Shown in pieces: positions 1 through 8,875 of a DNA stretch of 64,000 nt. The DNA lies in NCBI GenBank assembly GCA_947491475.1, contig CANLKN010000002.1, positions 6,956-70,955 on the forward strand. The letters run 5' to 3'. This DNA is from Akkermansiaceae bacterium (GTDB lineage: Bacteria; Verrucomicrobiota; Verrucomicrobiia; Verrucomicrobiales; Akkermansiaceae). Under the pieces are notes generated by a model that saw only the letters and a program-made list of their open reading frames with translations, searched no databases and had not been told where the DNA came from. The position numbers were made by a program, and so were the translations under genes. Within the stretch, counting starts at the first letter, position 1, and the number at the start of each line of letters is the position of its first letter.

Positions 1-40
1 ACGGTGCGGAATGGCACTGGTCGCGGGGAGTCCTAGTCAT

Positions 41-113
41 GGGGCATTAGCTCAGTTGGTAGAGCGTCTCGTTCGCAATGAGAAGGTCAGCGGTTCGAAT
101 CCGCTATGCTCCA
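41..113 (+). tRNA. tRNA-Ala(CGC)
   Basis: Cloverleaf: acceptor GGGGCAT/ATGCTCC with the G3:U70 alanine determinant, D arm AGCTCAGTTGGTAGAGC, anticodon loop TT-CGC-AA, T loop GGTTCGAATCC; CCA is not encoded. Confidence 0.97.
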
Positions 114-325
114 CTCCCCTGAAATACTGGAAAATACTGTAATTTAAAGCGTTAAACAGCGCACTGCCCGTTTGGCATCTCTACGCAGAAATCAGTCTAA
201 ATCCGCCAAAATCCGAAAAAATGTTTCGATTCGGTCCATCGTTTGGCGCATTATTTAATATCTCTTAATTAAATCTGCGGATGACATTCGTGAGGCCACA
301 GAATCACTCCTTGGCTGCCCTCCTG

Positions 326-830
326 TCAGGGATATTCAAGATTCAAACGGAGAAATTTTCTTCCATCGCTCGCCAGCACCCGGCAGCGCCGCGGTTCGGA
401 GTCGGCTACGGGCGATGCTTCGGAATCAAACTCGTCGATTATGCCCGAGGTTAGCCATGAGGCCAGACCACCTGACCACTCCGGCTGATAGACGAGGCTC
501 GCATTGAGTGGGCCGGACCAGCGCCTGTAGCGTATTACCAGCCACGTTTCGCCACCGATCATTTCGAGGCCACTGGCCAACGGGCTGCCATTACCGACTT
601 TGGGATTCAGATTGAACGCATATTCCTGCAAATTCGAAAGATTGTCTCCGTCGGGATCCGCTGTGGTGGCAGCATCATTTCCGCTCAGGCTGCGATTCGC
701 CGCCCAGGTGGAGAAGTCTTCGGTGGTGGGGGCCTGGGCCACCAGCACGACGTTGTTGGCGGATACCGGCGGAATGCCCGTCACCGGATAGGTGGCGTTG
801 AAACGCGAGCCTACAAAATTGGCAAAAGTT
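326..830 (-). pseudogene. 3' fragment of a secreted protein (DxDGD Ca-binding-like motif plus C-terminal F-L-R-L domain)
   Basis: FSTWA...DPDGDNLSNLQEYAFNLNP...RKFLRLNLEYP. No signal peptide or catalytic domain; the 5' end runs into a phospholipase D fragment on the opposite strand. Confidence 0.65.
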
Positions 831-1400
831 CCGACAATGATGACATTGGGGTCCGCTACGCCGATGCACTGAAACGCCGATCATCGGAAATACCAGTCCA
901 TGTGCTCTTCGATGATCTTGGAAACACGCTTGCCCACGCGTCGGCGCCAGAGCCCCCCGGCCCGAGCGGATTTGTTCCACCGCCAGATATGAGCGCCTAC
1001 TTGCGGAAGGACTCGAAAACCCGCGCCCGGCGCACCCTCAATCCATGGCTGGTGGGCGATCACACCAAACTTCTCGTGTTCGATCAACAGGTCGCCATTA
1101 TCGGTGGAATGAACATCGGCCGCGAATACTACTCCGAGTGGCATGACCTCATGGTTCGCGTCGAGGGCCCCATCGTCCGCTCGCTGTCCCGGGAGTTCAA
1201 CCTTGCGTGGGGAAAAGCCGGCCCCTTGGGGGATTTGGCGATTTTTTACAAGCCCGCGATTTTACAAAGCCAGACTTCAGTGACGGGGGAGATTCCACTG
1301 CGGATTCTGCGGACGGACGTTACGAGATTCTCAATGCCACTCTGCTGGCGATTCGTGGAGAGCGCAAACGCATCTGGATCCAGTATTCCCCCTCGTCTTC
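831..1400 (+). pseudogene. Phospholipase D / cardiolipin synthase-like fragment
   Basis: DNDDIGVRYADALKRR..VHVLFDDLG, then one HKD motif (DHTKLLVFD..IIGGMNIG..WHDLMVRVEG). Frame changes near 1315 (LRTD / GRYEILNA..RIWIQ). N-terminus and second HKD domain are absent. Confidence 0.8.
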
Positions 1401-1411
1401 TGTCTGAGTAT

Positions 1412-1427
1412 GTGACGGAATCGCCAC
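1412..1427. promoter_or_regulatory. Candidate operator GTGAC-N6-GCCAC upstream of the GT4-phosphoesterase gene
   Basis: GTGACGGAATCGCCAC, 13/16 identical to TTGACGGAAACGTCAC at 5260-5275. Confidence 0.4.
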
Positions 1428-1499
1428 CAAAACGGATGCGTGAATTGACTGTGGATTCTGTTTGTTGTTTTCGGAAGTGATTCAATCTTCTTGAGATTC

Positions 1500-3473
1500 A
1501 TGAAAATCGACATTGTGACGGATACCTACGTTCCCGATGTGAACGGGGTGGCAATGACTCTTGCCCGCCTGACCGCCGGCATGCGCGGGCGGGGGCACCG
1601 GGTGCATGTGATCCACACCGGAGCCAAGGCGATGACGGGTGAGACCTGCGTCGCTGCGCTGCCGCTTCCCGGATACAAGGAGGTGCGGGTGGGCCTGCCG
1701 AAACCCTTCGAGCTCCGGAGCCGATGGCTGAAAAAACGGCCGGATGCCGTTTATGTCGCGACAGAGAGTCCGCTGGGAAAATCGGCGCTCAAGGCAGCCA
1801 CCGCTTTGGGCATCCCGGTGGCCACCGGCTTTCACACGAATTTCCACCAATACATGGAGCAATACGGAATCGGAGGATTGCAGCCGATGGCGATGGCCTA
1901 TCTGCGAAACTTCCACCAACGAGCCGACTGCACGCTGACACCTTCCCGCGATATGGTCAAACGGTTGGCGGACGAGGGGGTCGAGAATGTGCATCTGTTA
2001 GGCCGTGGCGTGGACACCGAGTTGTTCTCGCCCGCAAGGCGCTGCGAGGCCCTCCGCACGGAATGGGGCGCTCGGGCGGCGACCCCGGTGGCCGTCATGG
2101 TCGGGCGCGTCGCCGCGGAGAAAAATTTCGATCTGGCGATGCGGACCTTCGAGCGGATGCGCCAGGCGTTTCCGGATGTGCGCTGCGTGGTGATCGGCGA
2201 TGGGCCGCTGACGGCTAAACTCAGCCTGAAGTATCCTTGGGTGCATTTCGCAGGCGTCAAAACCGGCGAGGAACTTGCGAGACACTACGCTTCCGCGGAT
2301 GTGCTGGTTTTTCCAAGCGAAACCGAGACTTTCGGCAATGTCTTGTTAGAAGGTATGGCGAGCGGCCTCGCTACGGTGAGTTTCGACTACGCCGCCTCCT
2401 CCCTGCATGTGCGGTCGGGAGAAAACGGCCTCAAGGCGACGCCGGGCGACGACGCCGGCTTCATCGAACAGGCACTCGATGCCCTGCAGATGCGACCCGG
2501 CCACAAACTCCGGGAAGCTGCGCGGGAAACCGCCGAAGCGCTGGGGTGGGAGATGGTGGTCGCTGAGTTCGAACGCAGGTTGTCGGAGATCGCCGCCAAC
2601 AGCCAGCCAATGATGAAAACCACGGTGAAACATGGCAAGCGGCCGAAGTTCTCCTGCCGCACCGTGTTTCTATCAGACATCCATCTGGGCACCCACGACA
2701 GCAAGGCGGACGAAGTGGTCGATTTCCTCAAACATATCAATTGCCGCAAGCTGGTGCTCAATGGCGACATCATCGACGGCTGGGCGCTAAAGCGAGGCGG
2801 CCGATGGAGCTCGCGCCACAGCCGCGTGATCCGCAAGATCATCAAGATGACCGAACACGATAAGACCGAGGTCATCTACCTGCGCGGCAACCACGATGAG
2901 ATCCTCGAGCGCTTCCTGCCGATGGCCTTCGGGAGGATCCGCCTCACGAAGGAACACATTCACGTGACTCCCGCCGGGAAACGCTATCTCGTCGTGCATG
3001 GAGATGGCTTTGACAGCGTCTCGACGCAACACCGGTGGCTGGCGTCGCTGGGAGCCGTGGGCTATAATTTCCTGCTCCGCGTCAACCGGTTCTACAATCA
3101 CTACCGGGCCTGGCGCGGCAAAGAGTATTTCTCGCTTAGCAAGCGGGTGAAGGCGAAGGTCAAGTCTGCTGTCAGTTTCATCGACCGCTACGAAGACCTG
3201 CTTCAGGATCTTGCCAGACTGCGGAAGTGTGATGGCATCATCTGTGGCCACATCCACACGCCCGAAGACAAGCAGGTGGGAGAGATCCACTATCTCAACT
3301 CCGGTGACTGGGTGGAAAGCCTGACCGCCATCATCGAACATCTGGATGGCAGGATGGAGTTGGTGCGCTATGCCGAGTTCATCGAACGCCTCAGGCGCGA
3401 TGATGAGACCGCGACGCCAGCCATCACAGCCGGCCGGGAGAATTCGCCGTCGATCATGGCAGGTATCATCTAA
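1500..3473 (+). CDS. Fusion: GT4 glycosyltransferase plus LpxH/PlcP-like metallophosphoesterase
   Basis: N-terminal IVTDTYVPDVNGVA, VGRVAAEKN and ETFGNVLLE (GT4 E-x7-E). C-terminal SDIHLG, GDIIDGW, GNHDE, HGDGFD, CGHIH and NSGDWVESLTA. Confidence 0.9.
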   Translation: MKIDIVTDTYVPDVNGVAMTLARLTAGMRGRGHRVHVIHTGAKAMTGETCVAALPLPGYKEVRVGLPKPFELRSRWLKKRPDAVYVATESPLGKSALKAATALGIPVATGFHTNFHQYMEQYGIGGLQPMAMAYLRNFHQRADCTLTPSRDMVKRLADEGVENVHLLGRGVDTELFSPARRCEALRTEWGARAATPVAVMVGRVAAEKNFDLAMRTFERMRQAFPDVRCVVIGDGPLTAKLSLKYPWVHFAGVKTGEELARHYASADVLVFPSETETFGNVLLEGMASGLATVSFDYAASSLHVRSGENGLKATPGDDAGFIEQALDALQMRPGHKLREAARETAEALGWEMVVAEFERRLSEIAANSQPMMKTTVKHGKRPKFSCRTVFLSDIHLGTHDSKADEVVDFLKHINCRKLVLNGDIIDGWALKRGGRWSSRHSRVIRKIIKMTEHDKTEVIYLRGNHDEILERFLPMAFGRIRLTKEHIHVTPAGKRYLVVHGDGFDSVSTQHRWLASLGAVGYNFLLRVNRFYNHYRAWRGKEYFSLSKRVKAKVKSAVSFIDRYEDLLQDLARLRKCDGIICGHIHTPEDKQVGEIHYLNSGDWVESLTAIIEHLDGRMELVRYAEFIERLRRDDETATPAITAGRENSPSIMAGII

Positions 3474-3492
3474 CTAAATTGGTTTCCCGACG

Positions 3493-5205
3493 TTATTTGA
3501 AAAGCACGTCAACCCCCATGGCGGACTTCCGCAGGAACTTGGGCATGGTGGCGGGGTCGCGCGAACGCAGCAGACGGAAGGCAATCCCGGACAAATGAAG
3601 GATGAAGATCCGGTCCACCCAGCGGTAGCCGCGCTTTCTGCGCAACAGCAGGCTGGCCGCGAGGCCGAGCGTCCGCCGCCTCAGAGGAAATGGCGTGAAT
3701 GAAACCTTGATCCGGTAGCGTTGGCGGCGCTCCTTTGGCCAGCGGAGTTTGTATTCCTTTTTAGCGTTCCGAATCCGTTCGGCGAGTTCCTCGTCATAAC
3801 TCAGGAAATAGTATCTGCGTGCCAGCAGGACCAGGTGAAAGAAATCGCCCATGTGCTCGATGTCGTCCGCCGGCAGTCCCGCTTCACTGGCAAGTGAGAT
3901 CATGCGTGGAAACAATGCGGCGGCGGTTTCACCTCCTGCCATGGCAAGATCCGGACTGCGGACGAAGTGGCGCATGACCTTGCGCACGCCGTGATTGATG
4001 AACAACGAGTCCCAGTAAACATGCAGCAGCGGCGGGATGCGGACCCGCCGGAAAAACAGCTTCTGGCGCGCAAAATCGCCGATGTAGAGCAAATCCCGGA
4101 TCACGACGTCCGCGTGGTCTAGCAGTTCGAGTGCGGCAGGCGTCCGCTCTGGACCGATCAGGTCTTCCACCGCGGAATCGGCGGATTTCCGATGTTTGAA
4201 CACCGTGATGGCGGCTGCCGTGTTGAGACGAATCCAAATGTCGCGGTTGCCGGTTTCCAGATAGGCGCGACGTTGGAAGCGATGCCAGCCACCGGTTTGG
4301 CACCACACCGAAATGCCCGCGATGTTTTCCGCTTGGGATAACTCCGCGGCGATGCGCTCGCAGTCCCAGCCGATGAAGGACGGATATTCGCCCGCGCCTT
4401 CATATTCCCTGCGGGCCTGCAACTCCAGCAGCTTGCGTTGTTTCACCCGAAAGAAGGCGCCGTTGAGCGGCAGATAGCGGAAAAAATCGCTCTCGCCGTG
4501 TTTCATCGAAACGATCAGGTTCGGCGAGTCGAGCCCTTCCAGGGTTTTGTCCAGTGTGTCGCGGTGCCAGATCAGATCGCCGATGCGGTGGGCACCCACA
4601 GTCCATGTGCGGAAGATGAGATCCTTGCCACGTTTTTCAAACTCGGGCAGGAGTCTGCGCAACAAGCGGTTCGCCTCTCGGGCGCTACGCAGGTGGAGCC
4701 TCGTGCGAATCGGGTCTTCGACGTCATTGCCATCACTTTCGCCGACCCGCAGGATCAATCCTGATAGTTGCGGGAAGTCGTCGAGCACTCCGCAGACCAA
4801 GTTGCAGTAGTAAGTTTCCAGTCCAGCAAGGTCGCTGCCCAATGCTTTGGAAATGGCGGGGGTCATCGGCAGCACGTCGCTCGTCAGATAGACCCGGAGC
4901 CCGAATTCGCCGTGCAACATGTCAAAGAACCGGCTGAATTTTCCACGTAGCATGGCGATGCGCTCCGCGACCTCAGGCTCGTGCAGCGGATGAGCTGCGA
5001 GGTGCGCGAGATCATCCAAAGTGACGGCATTATATCCTTGCTCGGCGACCTTGCTCGCGAAATCCCGAAGTTCGTGTTCCATGGCCGCCCAGTCTTCCGG
5101 GCTGGCATCCGCCAGATGCATGAACGGGATTTTAGACCAGTTCACGCGATTCCGGTCATATCCCCGGAAAAACGGCCCGATCGCATCGATGAGGAAAAGC
5201 TCCAT
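3493..5205 (-). CDS. GH67 alpha-glucuronidase-like TIM-barrel protein, no signal peptide
   Basis: FPQLSGLILRVGESDG, LIFRTW and NLIVSMKHGESDF...LLELQARREYEG parallel remembered GH67 blocks (FGGFLVKADSEG, VQIKNGPxDF, ELQITQEYxG). Start taken at MELFLID. Confidence 0.6.
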   Translation of the reverse strand: MELFLIDAIGPFFRGYDRNRVNWSKIPFMHLADASPEDWAAMEHELRDFASKVAEQGYNAVTLDDLAHLAAHPLHEPEVAERIAMLRGKFSRFFDMLHGEFGLRVYLTSDVLPMTPAISKALGSDLAGLETYYCNLVCGVLDDFPQLSGLILRVGESDGNDVEDPIRTRLHLRSAREANRLLRRLLPEFEKRGKDLIFRTWTVGAHRIGDLIWHRDTLDKTLEGLDSPNLIVSMKHGESDFFRYLPLNGAFFRVKQRKLLELQARREYEGAGEYPSFIGWDCERIAAELSQAENIAGISVWCQTGGWHRFQRRAYLETGNRDIWIRLNTAAAITVFKHRKSADSAVEDLIGPERTPAALELLDHADVVIRDLLYIGDFARQKLFFRRVRIPPLLHVYWDSLFINHGVRKVMRHFVRSPDLAMAGGETAAALFPRMISLASEAGLPADDIEHMGDFFHLVLLARRYYFLSYDEELAERIRNAKKEYKLRWPKERRQRYRIKVSFTPFPLRRRTLGLAASLLLRRKRGYRWVDRIFILHLSGIAFRLLRSRDPATMPKFLRKSAMGVDVLFK

Positions 5206-5259
5206 TGCCAAACTGATGAAACATCGCGGGTCGGATCGAGAATCGGCGAGATATCTCGT

Positions 5260-5275
5260 TTGACGGAAACGTCAC
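5260..5275. promoter_or_regulatory. Candidate operator TTGAC-N6-GTCAC upstream of the GH67-like gene
   Basis: Palindromic TGAC-GGAAAC-GTCA about 55 bp upstream of the start; matches the 1412-1427 site. Confidence 0.4.
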
Positions 5276-5368
5276 AAATGAATGCAAACCTTTTTCCTTC
5301 GCTGTCAAAATCACACGCGAGTAATCCAATGTCCCGGGACTCTCGCTCCAAGATCGGGGAATTCGTGA

Positions 5369-6250
5369 TCAGGACAGAACGCCGGTCAGGACTAGCCCGC
5401 CGACGACCGTGCCGATGGCGATTCGATACCAACCGAAAATTTCCAGGCCGTGTTTTTGGAGGTAGGAAACCAGCCATTTCACGGCCAGCGCTGCGGAAAT
5501 AGTGGCTGCCACCACGCCGACCGCGAGCGAAAGCGGGCCGTAGCTGTCCCACATCAGCCGGGCGCCACCGAACCATACGTCGTATTGCGCATCGATTCCC
5601 GGCACTTTCCAGAGCGCCTTCTTGGCGGTGGCGGCGGTGAGAGTGAGCACACCGAGCAGGAATGAATACTCGACGGCCGCGCGCACCGAGAGGCCGACAA
5701 GCAAGCCGCCGACGATGGTCATCAGGCTGCGGCTGGTGCCCGGCCACATCGCCACGCATTGCAGGAGACCGATCATCAAGGCCATTTTCCATGTCATGTC
5801 CAACAACTCCAGTCCGCCGGACTTCTTGGGGTTGCGTCGCGACCAGCGCGAGGCGGCGAGGATCAGCACGCCGCCGAACACCCAGGCGAAGACCACCGGC
5901 CAGGTGCCGAAAAGTTTTTGCTCGATCCAATCGTTGAGCAAAACGCCGATGACTGCGGCGGGCAGGAAACCGACGAGGATGGCCATGGCGAGCTTGAGGC
6001 CTTCCGGGTCCTTGCCGCAAACGCCCATGATCATGCGCAGCACGCGTTGGTAATAGAGCCCGAGCACGGCGAGGATCGCGCCGCCCTGGATGCAGATGGC
6101 GAAGGTATCCGCCGCCACTTTGTCGGCGTGCGAATGGGTGCCGATGCCCATCATTTGTTGGGCGACGAGCAAGTGGCCGGTGGAGCTGATGGGAAGGTAT
6201 TCGGTGATGCCTTCGATCACGCCGAGAATGAATGCTTGCCAAGGTTCCAT
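5369..6250 (-). CDS. uppP: Undecaprenyl-diphosphate phosphatase
   Basis: EGITEYLPISSTGHL and PGTSRS BacA motifs; multiple transmembrane segments. Confidence 0.95.
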   Translation of the reverse strand: MEPWQAFILGVIEGITEYLPISSTGHLLVAQQMMGIGTHSHADKVAADTFAICIQGGAILAVLGLYYQRVLRMIMGVCGKDPEGLKLAMAILVGFLPAAVIGVLLNDWIEQKLFGTWPVVFAWVFGGVLILAASRWSRRNPKKSGGLELLDMTWKMALMIGLLQCVAMWPGTSRSLMTIVGGLLVGLSVRAAVEYSFLLGVLTLTAATAKKALWKVPGIDAQYDVWFGGARLMWDSYGPLSLAVGVVAATISAALAVKWLVSYLQKHGLEIFGWYRIAIGTVVGGLVLTGVLS

Positions 6251-6313
6251 AAATTCTTGCGGGACTTTGCGGAGCGGAACGCGGGGCTGCAAGTCATTTG
6301 CCGCAGCCGTCGC

Positions 6314-7375
6314 TCAATCGGCCATCACGTCGTGGTAAACATCGATCTTGGCGGCTTCGAAGCGGCGCAGCGCGGCGCGGAATTCAGCGGAGGCCTGGCG
6401 GCGTTTAACGGCTTCGAGCGCGGCGACGACTTCGGGTTTCGCCTCATCGAAAGTGCGGGGCTCCAACTGCTTGCGGTCGGTGACTTCCACCAGATGCCAG
6501 CCGATGCGGGTGCGCAGCAACGTGGGCTTTTGCAGCGGGAGCGAAAACACCGGCTCCGCAAAATCCAACGGCAGGCGCTCGCGTGTCATCCAGCCGAGAT
6601 CGCCGCCGTTTTCCTTGCTGGCGGGATCGTCGCTGAGCTCATGGGCGAGGGTGGCGAAGTCCTTCGCGCCACTTGTTAGATCGGCAAGTGCCGCTTCGAG
6701 TTTCAAACGAGCCTCTTGTTCCGGTCGGGTGAGCGTGGCGAGGAAAACATGGCGCGCCCGGATGCGCTCCGGCCGGGCGAAGCGCGGCTCGTTTTGAGAA
6801 AACCAGCCGCGTGCTTCATCTTCGGTGACATCCACCAGCGGGCTGATTTTCAGCTCGACGTATTTTTCCTGCTGGATTTGCGCGGCGATGCGGTCGCGGA
6901 GGTCCTGCTCACTGGCGATGCCTTGGGATTTCATCGAGCTCTCCATCGCACCCTTCGATTCGAAGCGGCCTAACAGAAGTCGCAGACGCTCGTTGAGTTC
7001 TTCGTCAGTCACCGTCAACTGCGGCGCATTGGCCTTGGCTTTGACGCGCAGCAGTTCGTGATCGATCAGGTCGTCGAGCGCGGCGTAGCGGACAGTCTTG
7101 AGGTTTTCCGGCGAGAGACCGGCGGGTGTTTTCCCTTCGAGCCAGAGGCGCTCGTGCACGGCGCGATCGAGCTGGCTGCGGGTGATTTGCAGGTTGAAAA
7201 CGCGGGCGACCACGCCACGGGATTTGGCGGCGGCGATGGCTGCCGGGCTCGATGGATCGGCACGCTCCATTTTCTGCCGCAGCGGGCCGTGGAAGAGAAA
7301 CAAATCGCCGGCAAGATAAGCGATGACCAAACCATAGATGGCGAGGCGCAGGGAAAATTTAGCGAGAGGAGACAT
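6314..7375 (-). CDS. Parvulin-type peptidyl-prolyl isomerase (SurA/PrsA-like)
   Basis: N-terminal TM, SurA-like helical region, IRARHVF, FATLAHELSDDPASKENGGDLGW, GWHLVEV. Confidence 0.9.
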   Translation of the reverse strand: MSPLAKFSLRLAIYGLVIAYLAGDLFLFHGPLRQKMERADPSSPAAIAAAKSRGVVARVFNLQITRSQLDRAVHERLWLEGKTPAGLSPENLKTVRYAALDDLIDHELLRVKAKANAPQLTVTDEELNERLRLLLGRFESKGAMESSMKSQGIASEQDLRDRIAAQIQQEKYVELKISPLVDVTEDEARGWFSQNEPRFARPERIRARHVFLATLTRPEQEARLKLEAALADLTSGAKDFATLAHELSDDPASKENGGDLGWMTRERLPLDFAEPVFSLPLQKPTLLRTRIGWHLVEVTDRKQLEPRTFDEAKPEVVAALEAVKRRQASAEFRAALRRFEAAKIDVYHDVMAD

Positions 7376-8583
7376 CACCGGATTTCCACGGATGCCCCGG
7401 GGCGAATCAGGTTGGGCAGGCGGATGGCATCCCAATTGGCGAGGCGGATGCAGCCGGCGCTGCGGGCGCGGCCGATGGTTTCCGGATCGGATGTGCCGTG
7501 CAGCCCGATGCCAGCCCTGCTGGTGCCGTTCCAAATGATGCCGACCGGGCTGTTAGGGCCGGGCGGGATATTGAGCGCGTTTTCGCTGCGCTTGCCGGTA
7601 TCGAGAAATTTCTGGTCATAGCGCCACCACGGCAGCTCCACCATGTTGCGCAGTTCCCAGGTGCCGAACTGGATGAATTTCGGCTGGCCGGGAGTGATCG
7701 GAAACGAGGCAACCAGCCCGCGGTTGGCGCGGGTGACCGGCTGGATCACTTCCGCCCCGAGCTCGGCCACCACCAAGGCCTGCGGCGCGGCTTCGAAAAT
7801 GCGCACTTGGTTGATCTTGGTATCCACCACCACGTGGCGTGCGCTGAGCGCTTCGTCGGCCTCGTGTTTGATGCCGGTGATTTTCTCGATGTGAAACGGT
7901 CTGACATTCGGCACCACGATCGAGTCGCCGGGCTTGAGGGAGTTGATTTTCTGCCAAGTGTTGAGCGCGGCGAGGTAGGGCACATCGCAATGATAACGCT
8001 CGGACATGAACTCGCCATAACTGCGGTAGCTCATGCGCTTGCGCTTCGCCTGCAAGGCCCGGCTGGTGGGCAGCGTGGTGTCCACCCAATCTTCCGCGGC
8101 TACGGGCACAAGTGCCACGGCCAGCGGATTCGTCACCGCCTTGCGTGCGGCGGTATTCACAGCGATCCAGTCGTCCACCGAATGGCCGTTGACCTCATTC
8201 CACGATCGCACGGCGAGCTCGGTGAAGCGGCCGGGCTTGCCGTCGATCACGCCGGGGCCGAAATTTGCCTCATCGAGGAAAATTTGCAGGCGCACGGCAT
8301 CGTCGCCAGTGGGCTTGATGTCAAAAGGGCTGGGCAGTGAAACGGACTCGATGGGCGTGACGGTTTCCGGAGCAACCGGAGGCGGAGTCGCGGGGAGTGG
8401 TGCCGGAGCTGTCGGAGCTGCCGGAGCTACCGGAGCTGCCGGGATTGGGCGCGAGGTGATGTCTTCATCGCCGCCAACCGGAAGTGCGCGGAGCACCGGG
8501 CGATTGACAAAATGTGGGGTTTGCTGCTGGGAAAACAGCGACTGCACCGTAAAGACAAGTGATAACAATAGGGCTCTGAGCAT
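7375..8583 (-). CDS. L,D-transpeptidase (YkuD family) with peptidoglycan-binding region
   Basis: Signal peptide, Pro/Ala linker, LQIFLD..FGPGVIDG, PGPNSPVG, GLHGT..SAGCIRL. Stop overlaps the next start (TGATG). Confidence 0.92.
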   Translation of the reverse strand: MLRALLLSLVFTVQSLFSQQQTPHFVNRPVLRALPVGGDEDITSRPIPAAPVAPAAPTAPAPLPATPPPVAPETVTPIESVSLPSPFDIKPTGDDAVRLQIFLDEANFGPGVIDGKPGRFTELAVRSWNEVNGHSVDDWIAVNTAARKAVTNPLAVALVPVAAEDWVDTTLPTSRALQAKRKRMSYRSYGEFMSERYHCDVPYLAALNTWQKINSLKPGDSIVVPNVRPFHIEKITGIKHEADEALSARHVVVDTKINQVRIFEAAPQALVVAELGAEVIQPVTRANRGLVASFPITPGQPKFIQFGTWELRNMVELPWWRYDQKFLDTGKRSENALNIPPGPNSPVGIIWNGTSRAGIGLHGTSDPETIGRARSAGCIRLANWDAIRLPNLIRPGASVEIR

Positions 8584-8875
8584 GGGATGAACAATCACGG
8601 GATCTGGCAATGACGACCGGAAAAAAGCAAACCGCTCGGAGGGCGGCTGAGGTCATCAGCGCGGCGAAGGATACCACTGGCCCCGCGATCCGTCGAGCGG
8701 ACGTTTTTACCAACCGTCCGATCAATCTAAGTCATTTCCACGGCATGGATACGGCTTAGCCTTGGCGAAGACGGTTTCAACAACAGGGCGCTGTGAGGCG
8801 TGCTCATTCCAACCCCTTCATTCCAAAATCTTGCCAAACCTGTGCCCATCCCCTTCACTCCGCGCCGCTCAACCC

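Noticed and set aside
243..270. Weak resemblance to a XerCD dif site (TTGGCGCATTA-N6-ATCTCTTAATT)
   Set aside because: Only about 7/11 matches per arm to the E. coli consensus in AT-rich DNA; the XerD arm TTATGTTAAAT is not preserved.
8375..8445. GCCGGAGCT-type 9-bp repeats
   Set aside because: They encode an ordinary Ala/Pro linker in the L,D-transpeptidase.
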